NCBI RefSeq assembly: GCF_913055905.1
Contig: NZ_CAJXLB010000007.1
From: an uncultured Winogradskyella sp.
Lineage (GTDB): Bacteria; Bacteroidota; Bacteroidia; Flavobacteriales; Flavobacteriaceae
DNA length: 64,000 nucleotides
Reading direction: 5' to 3' (one strand)
The position numbers and the translations under genes were made by a program. Positions 37,513 through 47,770 of the stretch are shown here, piece after piece. The notes below the pieces were generated by a model. It did not search any database. It was given only the letters and a program-made list of their open reading frames with translations, and was not told the origin of the DNA. How positions within the stretch are numbered: position 1 is the first letter of the stretch; every line of letters starts with the position of its first letter.

Positions 37513-39924
37513 ATGAAGACAAATCCCAATACCAAAACAGAGATTACATTCGAAGATTTTAAAACAGAAGTTTTAAATGATTACAAGCTTGCTGTTACTA
37601 GCCGGGAATGTAGCTTGTTGGGACGTCGTGAAGTATTGACGGGTAAGGCCAAGTTCGGGATTTTTGGCGATGGTAAGGAAGTGCCACAGATTGCTTGGGC
37701 CAAGGCCTTTGAAAATGGCGACTTTAGAAGCGGCTATTATCGCGATCAGACCTTTATGATGGCCATAGGTGAATTGACTATTGAACAATTTTTTGCTGGG
37801 CTTTATGCCAATACCGATATAAAAGAAGAACCTATGTCTGCCGGACGACAAATGGGCGGACACTTTGCGACCCATAGTTTGGATGAGAATGGCCATTGGA
37901 AAGACCTTACGGCCCAAAAAAATTCCAGTGCCGACATCTCGCCTACTGCTGGCCAAATGCCAAGATTATTGGGATTAGCGCAAGCTTCTAAAATTTATAG
38001 GCATGTTGAGGGTATTGATACAACCAAATTCTCTAAAGGCGGTAATGAAGTGGCCTGGGGAACCATAGGAAATGCCAGTACGAGTGAAGGTCTTTTTTTT
38101 GAAACCATAAATGCCGCTGGTGTGCTCCAAGTGCCTATGGTGATAAGCGTTTGGGATGATGATTATGGTATTTCGGTACATGCGAAACATCAGACCACCA
38201 AAGAAAATATCTCTGAAATCTTAAAAGGGTTTCAGCGCGATGATAAAGATGATGGCTATGAAATCTTTAAAGTGAAGGGTTGGAATTACCCTGAGCTAAT
38301 GGATGTCTATCAGCGTGCCTCTAAAGTGGCCAGAAAAGAACATGTCCCTGTTTTGATCCATGTGGAAGAGCTTACGCAACCTCAAGGTCATTCTACTTCT
38401 GGGTCTCACGAACGTTATAAGAATGAAGAACGTCTCGCTTGGGAAGCCAAATACGATTGCAATGCCCAAATGCGCGAGTGGATGATCTCCAACAATATTG
38501 CTACGGATGAAGAATTAAAAGCGCTGGAAAAAGAGATTAAAAAAGACGTTAGAAATGGCAAGAAAGCAGCTTGGTCTGCTTTTATCAATCCCATATTGGA
38601 AGAACGGAAAGCAGCCCTAACTATGCTTGATGGGCTCATATGTTCAAGCGCCAATGGTGTTTTTATTTCCAAGCTGCGCAATGACCTTGCAGCCATTGAA
38701 GAACCGTTAAGAAAAGATATTCTGACGGCGACACGCAAAGCGCTGCGCTACGTGGTATCAGAGGACTCTCAAGCCAAGACAGCGCTTCAACAGTGGTTAA
38801 ATAATTATATCGAAGAGATTCAACCTAAATACAGCTCCCATTTACACAGCCAATCCGATCAGAATGCGCTCAATCAAAAAGGTATAGCGCCATCCTATGA
38901 TGCCGATGCCAAAGAGGTTGATGGCCGTATCATTCTTCGTGATAATTTTGAAGCCCTTTTCAAAACGTATCCTGAGGTCTTGGTGTTTGGTGAAGATTCC
39001 GGTAAAATCGGTGATGTTAACCAAGGTTTGGAAGGATTGCAGGAAAAGTTTGGCGCCTTACGTGTTTCGGACACTGGTATTCGAGAAGCCACCATCTTAG
39101 GTCAAGGCATCGGTATGGCTATGAGAGGTTTAAGACCCATTGCTGAAATTCAATATTTGGATTACCTGCTGTACGCCTTGCAAATTATGAGTGATGATTT
39201 GGCTACGGTGCACTACAGGACCAAAGGACGCCAGAAAGCACCTCTTATCGTGAGAACCCGAGGTCACCGTCTTGAAGGCATCTGGCACTCAGGCTCGCAA
39301 ATGGGTGGCATTTTAAATTTAGTGCGCGGTGTTCATGTTTTGGTACCACGAAATATGACCAAGGCCGCAGGGTTTTACAACACACTTCTGGAAAGTGACG
39401 AGCCAGCGCTCATAGTGGAGTGCCTTAACGGTTACCGCTTGAAGGAGAAATATCCTAACAATATGGGCACCTTTAAAACGCCTCTTGGTGTGGTTGAAAC
39501 CTTACGTGAAGGTGAGGACATCACCTTGGTATCTTACGGTTCTACCCTGCGTTTGGTAGAACAGGCTGCGAAGGAATTGATGGAGGTTGGTATTTCTGCA
39601 GAAGTTATTGATGTGCAATCCCTTTTACCGTTTGACCTCAATCACGATATCGTAAAGAGTGTGGCCAAAACCAACCGTGTCATGGTTATTGACGAAGATG
39701 TTAAGGGCGGTGCATCGGCTTATATTTTAGATCAGATTTTAAATGTGCAAAACGGCTATCAATATCTAGACAGTAAGCCTATTACCGTAGCCGCACAGCC
39801 GCACAGACCTGCCTATGGCACTGATGGCGACTATTTTACCAAGCCATCGGCTGAGGATATTTTTGAAGCGGTTTACGGCGTGATGCATGAAGTAAACCCA
39901 GCGGACTTCCCTGCACTACGTTAA
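37513..39924 (+). CDS. 2-oxoacid dehydrogenase E1, fused alpha and beta subunits (branched-chain type)
   Basis: FGIFGDGKE, GNASTSEG, DTGIREATI and EIQYLDY motifs. Confidence 0.93.
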   Translation: MKTNPNTKTEITFEDFKTEVLNDYKLAVTSRECSLLGRREVLTGKAKFGIFGDGKEVPQIAWAKAFENGDFRSGYYRDQTFMMAIGELTIEQFFAGLYANTDIKEEPMSAGRQMGGHFATHSLDENGHWKDLTAQKNSSADISPTAGQMPRLLGLAQASKIYRHVEGIDTTKFSKGGNEVAWGTIGNASTSEGLFFETINAAGVLQVPMVISVWDDDYGISVHAKHQTTKENISEILKGFQRDDKDDGYEIFKVKGWNYPELMDVYQRASKVARKEHVPVLIHVEELTQPQGHSTSGSHERYKNEERLAWEAKYDCNAQMREWMISNNIATDEELKALEKEIKKDVRNGKKAAWSAFINPILEERKAALTMLDGLICSSANGVFISKLRNDLAAIEEPLRKDILTATRKALRYVVSEDSQAKTALQQWLNNYIEEIQPKYSSHLHSQSDQNALNQKGIAPSYDADAKEVDGRIILRDNFEALFKTYPEVLVFGEDSGKIGDVNQGLEGLQEKFGALRVSDTGIREATILGQGIGMAMRGLRPIAEIQYLDYLLYALQIMSDDLATVHYRTKGRQKAPLIVRTRGHRLEGIWHSGSQMGGILNLVRGVHVLVPRNMTKAAGFYNTLLESDEPALIVECLNGYRLKEKYPNNMGTFKTPLGVVETLREGEDITLVSYGSTLRLVEQAAKELMEVGISAEVIDVQSLLPFDLNHDIVKSVAKTNRVMVIDEDVKGGASAYILDQILNVQNGYQYLDSKPITVAAQPHRPAYGTDGDYFTKPSAEDIFEAVYGVMHEVNPADFPALR

Positions 39925-40146
39925 GTCTTTTTTGGTAACTATCCAGTCCTTTCGATGACTTCGGCCTTCGGCCTAAGCCATACTTGCATAAGACTATAGT
40001 TTCCTGCGATATATTCTTGTAATTAAGGTAATTATTATACCTTATAAAGGTCCTCTCGGCTCATTATTTCAATAGGCCAGACAATCTGTGCCGGTTTTTA
40101 ACCTTGTTTAATTTTTAAATTAAACCCCTTAACCCTCTATTCTTTT

Positions 40147-41100
40147 ATGAAAAATAAGTACTTCATTATTTTAAGCATCAGCTTTTTGTGTATCGCGTTT
40201 GTGCTCAAACCAATTGTTGGTTTTTTAGAAGAACTTACAGACTCTGATTTGAGTATTATTTTGAATCAGCAGCGCAATGTCATTATTGCCTGTTTGGCCG
40301 CCTTGTCCATCATTCTATTGCGGAAGGGCAAGCTGCTTGTTCTTAAACGATACGATATCAATGCCGAAGATAATCTTCAATCCCGAAAGGTTTACACCCA
40401 AGTGAATCTCTTGGAAAAGGTCATTATCTTTATTATCGTCGTTACCGGCTTAGGACTTATTCTATTGTCCTTTGAAAGCATTAGGGACATTGGTATTGGT
40501 ATCTTTGCTTCAGCAGGCTTGGCCAGTATTATTATTGGTCTTTCAGCACAAAAGGTCGTTGGTGCCTTATTAGCTGGTATACAGATTGCCATTACACAAC
40601 CGTTCCGTATAGACGATGCCGTCGTTGTTGAAAACGAATGGGGATGGATCGAAGAAATTAAACTCACTTATGTGGTGGTACGACTTTGGGACAAAAGACG
40701 ATTGGTATTGCCTTCTACCTATTTTATTGAAAAGCCCTTTCAGAATTGGACAAGAACTAGTGCCGATATTGTTGGTACGGTATTTATCTACACAGATTAT
40801 ACAGTAGAATTTGATGTGCTACGCAAAGAACTCACACGGTTATTGGAATCGACACCACTCTGGGACGGACAGACCAATGTACTTCAGGTAACGGACACCA
40901 AAGAATCAACCATTGAAATAAGGATATTGGTCAGTGCCAAAAACTCACCTACTGCTTGGGATTTAAGAGTCTTTATCCGTGAAAAAATGATTGACTTTAT
41001 ACGACACCATTACCCTGAAAGTCTGCCAAAAACCAGGGTGTTGTTACATTCTTCAAATACTAATGAATCTGCAACAAGTTCCACAAAGGGTGCTACATAA
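40147..41100 (+). CDS. MscS family mechanosensitive channel
   Basis: GLSAQKVVGALLAGIQIAITQPFRIDD; GWIEEI; PFQNWTR. Confidence 0.92.
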   Translation: MKNKYFIILSISFLCIAFVLKPIVGFLEELTDSDLSIILNQQRNVIIACLAALSIILLRKGKLLVLKRYDINAEDNLQSRKVYTQVNLLEKVIIFIIVVTGLGLILLSFESIRDIGIGIFASAGLASIIIGLSAQKVVGALLAGIQIAITQPFRIDDAVVVENEWGWIEEIKLTYVVVRLWDKRRLVLPSTYFIEKPFQNWTRTSADIVGTVFIYTDYTVEFDVLRKELTRLLESTPLWDGQTNVLQVTDTKESTIEIRILVSAKNSPTAWDLRVFIREKMIDFIRHHYPESLPKTRVLLHSSNTNESATSSTKGAT

Positions 41101-41168
41101 TGACAAAAGTCATATATTAAGGCCTTTGATTATGATAGCTTTGTTAAATTCCTTGGAAAACCAACACT

Positions 41169-42023
41169 ATGCTAACAGCAGACATCTTAAGCACCTTTAA
41201 GAACAAATCGGATTTTATAGCCTATTTAGAGCAGCATCAAGAGGACAATCCCATCTATAAATCGGCATTGGAAAAGTATGCCTATGAGCAGGAATTACTA
41301 CCCTTGCAGGCCGAGCTTGTGGACTTTCAACGCTGGGTTCAAAAAACAAACCAGAAAATTGCCATCATTTTTGAAGGCCGTGATGCCTCGGGAAAAGGAG
41401 GCACCATCAAACGGTTTAAAGAGCATTTAAATCCCCGTGCCATGCGCGTTGTGGCTTTGAACAAACCCACGGAAATTGAGAAAAACCAATGGTATTTCAA
41501 TAGATATATTAAAGAGTTGCCCAATGCCGGCGAGATTGTGTTTTTTGACCGAAGTTGGTACAACAGAGCAGTTGTAGAACCTGTTATGGGCTTTTGTACG
41601 CCAGAGCAGTACAATCGGTTTATCATTCAGGTACCAGAATTTGAAAACATGCTGTATGAATCTGGGACGGTACTTATTAAATTTTGGTTTTCGGTCTCCA
41701 AAGAGGAACAACAGCGCCGTTTTGAAAAACGCTTGAAGAATCCGCTAAAGAAATGGAAGTTTAGTCCCGTAGACGAGAAAGGCCAAGAGCTGTGGGATGA
41801 TTTTACCAAGTATAAAAACCAGATGTTCTCTAGGACCCATAATAGTTTTAGTCCTTGGGTGGTAATCAAGGCCAATGACAAAAAGCGTGCGCGTTTGGAG
41901 AGCATAAAGTACGTACTAAGTTTATTTGAATACGACAATAAAGGCGCTAATTGCAAGACCATTTTACCCGATCCCAACATCGTGCAGCGCTATTTTAGAA
42001 ACACCATTCAACTCGACCGCTAA
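41169..42023 (+). CDS. ppk2: Polyphosphate kinase 2
   Basis: FEGRDASGKGG, FDRSWYNR and KWKFSPVD motifs. Confidence 0.95.
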   Translation: MLTADILSTFKNKSDFIAYLEQHQEDNPIYKSALEKYAYEQELLPLQAELVDFQRWVQKTNQKIAIIFEGRDASGKGGTIKRFKEHLNPRAMRVVALNKPTEIEKNQWYFNRYIKELPNAGEIVFFDRSWYNRAVVEPVMGFCTPEQYNRFIIQVPEFENMLYESGTVLIKFWFSVSKEEQQRRFEKRLKNPLKKWKFSPVDEKGQELWDDFTKYKNQMFSRTHNSFSPWVVIKANDKKRARLESIKYVLSLFEYDNKGANCKTILPDPNIVQRYFRNTIQLDR

Positions 42024-42856
42024 TGACTACCAAGATAACACTTTCAGAGAAAGACCTCAACATCGTTAATTCCAAAAAGGGATTAGGAGCCTTACTACGT
42101 CTTAACCGCTTAGATATTAAAAAAGGAATACGCAACGTTAAATACGAAAAGCGATTGGAGAAGCTGCAAGAAGAGATGCTCATTCTTCAGCAGTGGGTTT
42201 CGAACAATAACAAAAAAGTAGTGATACTTTTTGAGGGCAGGGACGCTGCCGGAAAAGGTGGTGCCATAAGACGTATCATTCAGCATTTACCACCACGAGC
42301 CATACGTGTGGTTGCTTTACCCAAACCCAATGAGACCGAACTTGGACAGTGGTACTTTCAACGATATATCAATAAACTTCCCAATAATGGTGAGATCGTA
42401 TTTTTTGACCGTAGTTGGTACAATAGAGCCATTGTAGAACCTGTAAACGGTTTCTGTACCAAAGAACAGTATGTCACCTTTATGGGGCAAGTTAACGAGT
42501 TTGAAAAAATGATTCAGGACTCTGGAATAATATTGCTGAAGCTATATTTCTCCATAACCAAAAAGGAACAAGAGCGGCGATTTAAGGATATTATAGAATC
42601 GCCACAGAAAAAATGGAAGTACAGTGCGGTAGACAAAAAAGCCCTTTCGCTGTGGGACGATTACACCACCTACAAGGAAGCAATGTTTGAAAAAACGCAG
42701 GAAGCAGCGCCATGGAAAGTTATAAAGGCCAATAGAAAAACCAATGCACGGATTAGAGCCTTTGAATATATCCTTGATAAGATTCCATATGAAGTAAAGG
42801 ATCTATCAAAAATTAAACACCAAAGCTATAGGTCTATCTTGGAGAGTGAGGACTGA
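42023..42856 (+). CDS. ppk2: Polyphosphate kinase 2 (second tandem copy)
   Basis: FEGRDAAGKGG, FDRSWYNR and KWKYSAVD motifs. Confidence 0.95.
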   Translation: MTTKITLSEKDLNIVNSKKGLGALLRLNRLDIKKGIRNVKYEKRLEKLQEEMLILQQWVSNNNKKVVILFEGRDAAGKGGAIRRIIQHLPPRAIRVVALPKPNETELGQWYFQRYINKLPNNGEIVFFDRSWYNRAIVEPVNGFCTKEQYVTFMGQVNEFEKMIQDSGIILLKLYFSITKKEQERRFKDIIESPQKKWKYSAVDKKALSLWDDYTTYKEAMFEKTQEAAPWKVIKANRKTNARIRAFEYILDKIPYEVKDLSKIKHQSYRSILESED

Positions 42857-42974
42857 AAAGGTTTGGATTTTATTCTGTTTTTAGGTTTAAGTAAGCCTTA
42901 TAAAGTAAAGCCCTTAAACACTACAAAGCTATTTTCTGCTATCTTTAAACAGAAAACCATAATTTGTAATACTT

Positions 42975-43247
42975 ATGTCAGATTCTAAGGATAGTTCACC
43001 TCTAATCACAAGGGATTGGTTGGCCATAGAGCGCACCAAGCTAGCCAATGAACGCACATTCCTTGCTTATTTCAGGACTTTTTTAGTGATGCTTGGTACA
43101 GGTGTAACCCTATTGAAACTAAAGTTTTTTGAAGATCTAAAATCTTTTGGAATTGCGCTTGTTGTAGCATCTATAATCATCCTTGTCATTGGCCTTTACA
43201 GGCTCTTTAAAGTTAGAAAACACATTAGAACCCATTATACCCTTTAA
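42975..43247 (+). CDS. DUF202 (YidH-like) small membrane protein
   Basis: RDWLAIERTKLANERTFLAYFRT. Confidence 0.9.
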   Translation: MSDSKDSSPLITRDWLAIERTKLANERTFLAYFRTFLVMLGTGVTLLKLKFFEDLKSFGIALVVASIIILVIGLYRLFKVRKHIRTHYTL

Positions 43248-43275
43248 ATGTTATGGCTAAGCTTAATCCATTACA

Positions 43276-43305
43276 GTGTTTGACATGCGCAGAGACGTGT
43301 TTGTC
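43276..43305 (+). promoter_or_regulatory. Candidate LytTR binding site
   Basis: GTGTTTGAC-N12-GTGTTTGTC, upstream of the lipoprotein-kinase-LytTR operon. Confidence 0.5.
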
Positions 43306-43367
43306 GAAATTTATTGACCAACGGCTTGTAATTTCTGAGTTTAGTATCGCATTTAAAATTTAATATT

Positions 43368-44027
43368 ATGAAAGCGAAATCTGTTATTTTAATTTTTGCC
43401 CTGTTACTTTTTAGTTCATGCATTGTTAAATCCTTAAAGCCCTTTTATCTTACAGAGCATATCAAGTTTGATGAAAGGCTATTAGGTGACTGGACCACAG
43501 GTAAAACCAGCACCTGGAAAATAACCTCCTTTAAAGAAACATGGAAAGAAGAAAATAAGGACGAGGCCAAACTATCTGAGGATGAATTAAAGGCGTACAA
43601 CACCTACAAGGAGTCTTACTTTGTAGTTTATACCAAAGCAGATAAGGAAGGCCAATTTATTGCCATGCCATTTATGGTTGGCGAGCATTTATTCCTGGAT
43701 TTTACGCCTATCGAGTATCAATCTGAAGAATTGAATTCATTAGCCGCACAACATCTCTTAAAGACGCATTCCACAGCTTATGTCGACTTTCAGGACGATG
43801 GAGGCGTTAAGCTAAAATGGTTAGACGAATCTGTAGTAAATAGATTATTGAAAGAAGGAAAAATACGGATTAAACACGAAATCACAGGCATCGATGAGGA
43901 TTTTGTACTTACTGCCAGCAGCAAGGAACTATACCGTTTTTTGGAAAAATTCATGGCTTCGGATATTGAAGACAAATGGGACAAGGATTCCACAAAAACC
44001 CTAACACCACTAAATGCGAAGCCTTAA
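43368..44027 (+). CDS. Hypothetical lipoprotein
   Basis: Lipobox LFSS-C. Confidence 0.8.
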   Translation: MKAKSVILIFALLLFSSCIVKSLKPFYLTEHIKFDERLLGDWTTGKTSTWKITSFKETWKEENKDEAKLSEDELKAYNTYKESYFVVYTKADKEGQFIAMPFMVGEHLFLDFTPIEYQSEELNSLAAQHLLKTHSTAYVDFQDDGGVKLKWLDESVVNRLLKEGKIRIKHEITGIDEDFVLTASSKELYRFLEKFMASDIEDKWDKDSTKTLTPLNAKP

Positions 44028-45081
44028 TCTCAATAGTCTTATAAAGACAGAACATGTCCACAGACCACTATTGTTTCATGGTGTGCTGTGGACATTGGCC
44101 TTTGGTATTTTGATTTTTATTTTCTCCAAGGGCAAAATTCCTGAATTTATAGACGTTCTCTATACGCTGAGTTTTTTAGTTTTGATTGCCGTCCCGGTTT
44201 GTATCAATTTTTATGTACTCATTCCGAGATTTCTTAAGAAGGAAATGTATGTAGCTTATTTTATAGGCTTTTTGCTCAACGCTGTTGTTTTTGGTGCTTT
44301 TATCTATTTCTTTTTTGAACCCTTATTGAACATCTTTTTTCCATCCTATTTCTTCATTTCATATCTCACGAGTAATACTTTGATTATTGTCATTAGCATT
44401 TTTTTGGTGAGCACTACCCTATTAAAATTAGGCGAAGATTGGTTTTATTTTAATAGTAGCCAGAGCAAACTTTTAAAAATGAAAAGTCTGCAGTTTGAGA
44501 CCCAACTCTCTGCACTTCGGGCTCAAATCAACCCACATTTTCTTTTTAATTCTCTTAACGTCATCTATGCTTTGGCCCTAGACAAAAGGGAAAACATCAC
44601 GAAAGCCATTGTTGAACTTTCAGATATCTTACGCTATGTCATTTATGATAGTTCTTCAGACGGTGTTACCTTGAAAGAAGAAGTAGCTTTAATTAAAAAT
44701 TATATTGCGTTTCAGCAGCATCGTATTTCTACCAAACAGCCTACAGAACTTGACATTTCCATAACGAATGAAAGTTTTAAGATTTACCCTATGCTATTGC
44801 TGCCACTCCTTGAAAACAGCTATAAGCACGGTACCATTTCGGGAGAGGATACGGCTCCAATTGAAATCCGTTTACATCAAGAAGACAATCGGTTTTTCTT
44901 TCAAATTTCAAATCCTATTTTAAACGCCAAAAATACCATTGACGATAAATACTCTGGTGTAGGTCTAGACAACCTTAAGCACAATTTAGAGTTGGTCTAT
45001 CCCAATGCGTACCGCTTGCAGGTTGAGACCAAGGATGGACGCTTTATTGTAACTTTGATTTTAGAACATGAGCTCAAATAA
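44014..45081 (+). CDS. LytS/YehU-type sensor histidine kinase
   Basis: TM N-terminus; LRAQINPHFLFNSLN; LLENSYKHG; GVGLDNL. Confidence 0.93.
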   Translation: MRSLNLNSLIKTEHVHRPLLFHGVLWTLAFGILIFIFSKGKIPEFIDVLYTLSFLVLIAVPVCINFYVLIPRFLKKEMYVAYFIGFLLNAVVFGAFIYFFFEPLLNIFFPSYFFISYLTSNTLIIVISIFLVSTTLLKLGEDWFYFNSSQSKLLKMKSLQFETQLSALRAQINPHFLFNSLNVIYALALDKRENITKAIVELSDILRYVIYDSSSDGVTLKEEVALIKNYIAFQQHRISTKQPTELDISITNESFKIYPMLLLPLLENSYKHGTISGEDTAPIEIRLHQEDNRFFFQISNPILNAKNTIDDKYSGVGLDNLKHNLELVYPNAYRLQVETKDGRFIVTLILEHELK

Positions 45082-45760
45082 CACCATTTCTTGCATCATC
45101 GTAGACGATGAAGTATCATCGCAGCGCGTATTACAACGCTTTATCGATGACACTGAGATATTGGCACTAGAAAAAGTATGTAATAATCCTGCTGAAGCAT
45201 TTAAGTTTTTACAGCTTAATCCTGGTGTAGACTTGTTGTTCCTGGATATAAATATGCCACAGCAATCAGGACTTGATTTTTACAAGGGTCTTACGCATCC
45301 TCCCAAGGTAATTTTTACAACGGCTTATCCGCAATATGCCGTAGACGGATTTGAAGTAAATGCGGTTGATTATCTCTTAAAACCTATTGCCTATGAACGT
45401 TTTCTAACAGCTGTACATAAAGTGCTTACCCTAAACAGTGACAAGCAGGTGGATACTGGGTTTTTGGTTCTAAAAGAAAATAAAGTCCTGCACAAGATAG
45501 CGGTGGATACCATATTGTTTGTTGAAGCCTTAGGCGATTACGTAAAAGTGCATACCACCAACCGAACGGTAGTTACACACAGCACCTTTGGAAAATTTCT
45601 TGAACGTCTACCCAATAATTTTTTACGCGTGCATAAATCGTTTTCCGTTAACCTCAATCACATGAGCCAACTTGTTGGCAACCAGATTAGCATAGGCGAC
45701 CAGAACATTCCGGTAGGACAAACCTATAAGAAAGCTGTCCTAAAAGCCTTAAATTTATAG
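45068..45760 (+). CDS. LytTR family response regulator
   Basis: IVDDE, FLDINMP, FTTAY, DYLLKP and FLRVHKSF motifs. Confidence 0.94.
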   Translation: MSSNNTISCIIVDDEVSSQRVLQRFIDDTEILALEKVCNNPAEAFKFLQLNPGVDLLFLDINMPQQSGLDFYKGLTHPPKVIFTTAYPQYAVDGFEVNAVDYLLKPIAYERFLTAVHKVLTLNSDKQVDTGFLVLKENKVLHKIAVDTILFVEALGDYVKVHTTNRTVVTHSTFGKFLERLPNNFLRVHKSFSVNLNHMSQLVGNQISIGDQNIPVGQTYKKAVLKALNL

Positions 45761-45780
45761 CACAAACTTATAAACTGATC

Positions 45781-46266
45781 ATGAAGAACGCCTCAATCGT
45801 AACCATACGAAAAGAATTACAAGACTTACCACGTGAAGATCTTTTGGAATTATGTCTGCGTCTAGGGAAATTTAAAAAGGAAAACAAAGCTTTAATGACC
45901 TATCTACTCTTTGAAGCCCATCACGAAGACAGCTATATAGCAAGCGTTAAAGACACCCTCGACGAACAATTTGAAGGTATGACTACCGATAGTTATTTTT
46001 ACATGAAGAAGACCATACGAAAAATCCTAAGACAGGTTCGCACCTACTCAAGATATTCTAACCATAAATCGACCGAGGTCGAATTACTCCTTTATTTTTG
46101 TGAGAAGCTAAATGCTTTAAGACCAAATATCCATCACAACAAAACCCTTCACAACCTCTACCAACGGCAGTGCCTCGCCATAGAAAAGAAAATAAAAGCC
46201 TTGCACGAAGACCTTAGGCACGATTATCAATTACAGCTCGATGCTCTTATAATACCAACACTTTAA
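45781..46266 (+). CDS. Conserved hypothetical protein
   Basis: 161 aa clean helical ORF. Confidence 0.75.
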   Translation: MKNASIVTIRKELQDLPREDLLELCLRLGKFKKENKALMTYLLFEAHHEDSYIASVKDTLDEQFEGMTTDSYFYMKKTIRKILRQVRTYSRYSNHKSTEVELLLYFCEKLNALRPNIHHNKTLHNLYQRQCLAIEKKIKALHEDLRHDYQLQLDALIIPTL

Positions 46267-46312
46267 TTCCTATATTTAGCCCTTTAATTTATTACCAGCA
46301 TTGGACGCTTCA

Positions 46313-47128
46313 ATGGGAAAAGCACAACTTTCTAACATACTTAGACGACTTGGATTAATCTACCTAGTAGACTGGCTTCGATTTTACGTATTTAAATGGA
46401 AAAACTACTCTAAAAATAAAGCCTTTAGAACGAAGCATCCTGATATAGCGCTGCCACCAGATTATCTTATGTACGAATCGTTTGGTTTAGATTACGATAA
46501 ATATTACCATGGCGGACGCAACATGGCCATTTGGATCAAAGACCATCTAAAAAAACACACAAGCTTAAAAGGGCAAGCGGTTTTGGATTGGGGCTGCGGT
46601 CCTGGACGGATCATTCGCCATATGCCAGAGGTCATAGGCGACAACTGCACATTCTTTGGTACTGATTACAATGCAAAATCGATAGCTTGGTGCAAAGAAA
46701 ACATTTCAAATGTCGCATTTAACTGCAATCCTTTAGAAGCACAGCTACCCTATCCAGACAATTCCATGGATGCCATTTATGGTATATCCATATTAACGCA
46801 TCTTTCCGAAGAGATGCACTACAACTGGTTTAAAGAATTGCACCGCATACTCAAACCAAATGGCATTTTACTACTTACCACCCATGGCGATAACTATAAG
46901 GTAAAACTAGAACAGAAAGAATTAAACGCCTATAACAAAGGGCAACTTGTCGTAAGAGGAACCGTAAAAGAAGGCCACCGCATGTACTGTGCATTTCAAC
47001 CTAAGGCTTTTATGCACAACCTCTTTAAGGATGTGACCATAGTGGAACACCTAGAGCTAACTTCAGACACCAAGGATTGGGTACCACAAGACCTTTGGAT
47101 TGTTAGGAAGCAGATTGTACAAGAATAA
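46313..47128 (+). CDS. Class I SAM-dependent methyltransferase
   Basis: VLDWGCGPGR; SILTHL; LKPNGILL. Confidence 0.9.
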   Translation: MGKAQLSNILRRLGLIYLVDWLRFYVFKWKNYSKNKAFRTKHPDIALPPDYLMYESFGLDYDKYYHGGRNMAIWIKDHLKKHTSLKGQAVLDWGCGPGRIIRHMPEVIGDNCTFFGTDYNAKSIAWCKENISNVAFNCNPLEAQLPYPDNSMDAIYGISILTHLSEEMHYNWFKELHRILKPNGILLLTTHGDNYKVKLEQKELNAYNKGQLVVRGTVKEGHRMYCAFQPKAFMHNLFKDVTIVEHLELTSDTKDWVPQDLWIVRKQIVQE

Positions 47129-47200
47129 CCAAATGACATTTGTCATAGTTATTCTTTCTAATAATCCCGACATTTAATGACATTATAAAAATAAAGTGTC

Positions 47201-47770
47201 ATGAAAGTTAATACTGTGATTTCTGCTCTTCTACTCCTCTTTCTTATGAACTGTGCCTCCACTAACGAAGTTATTTATGATTATAACATGGACGTGGACT
47301 TTAATCAATATGACACCTTCGTTCTGTGCATGGACGATTTTTTTGTAGAGCACGATAATCACCCCAAATTAGACAGTGAAGAAACCCGTCAAATTATAGG
47401 TGATGCTGTTGAGAAAGAAATGGAACTAACAGGACACCGAACCAATGTGTTTGACCCTCAACTGCAAGCTGGTTTTCGTATTTTGATTAGTGAGCAAACC
47501 GCGCAGTTCCAGAATTGTGAACACTCCAAGGATTTAGAATATTGGGAAAATTGCACCATACATCAAAAGACATACGAAGAAGAAACCTTAGTGGTTTATG
47601 TTGCCGATTTTAAATCGAATATCGTCTTGTGGCATGCCTCTGTAATGTGCAATCTAAATCAGCCTAAGAAACAATTAAAACCTTATATCACCCGATTGGT
47701 GAAAGATTTGTTTGAGACCTATCCCAAAACCCAGGTACAAAAAAACCCTGACGACGATAAAATATTTTAA
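47201..47770 (+). CDS. DUF4136-like lipoprotein
   Basis: Lipobox LMN-C; DYNMDVDFNQYDTF; YEEETLVV. Confidence 0.7.
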   Translation: MKVNTVISALLLLFLMNCASTNEVIYDYNMDVDFNQYDTFVLCMDDFFVEHDNHPKLDSEETRQIIGDAVEKEMELTGHRTNVFDPQLQAGFRILISEQTAQFQNCEHSKDLEYWENCTIHQKTYEEETLVVYVADFKSNIVLWHASVMCNLNQPKKQLKPYITRLVKDLFETYPKTQVQKNPDDDKIF

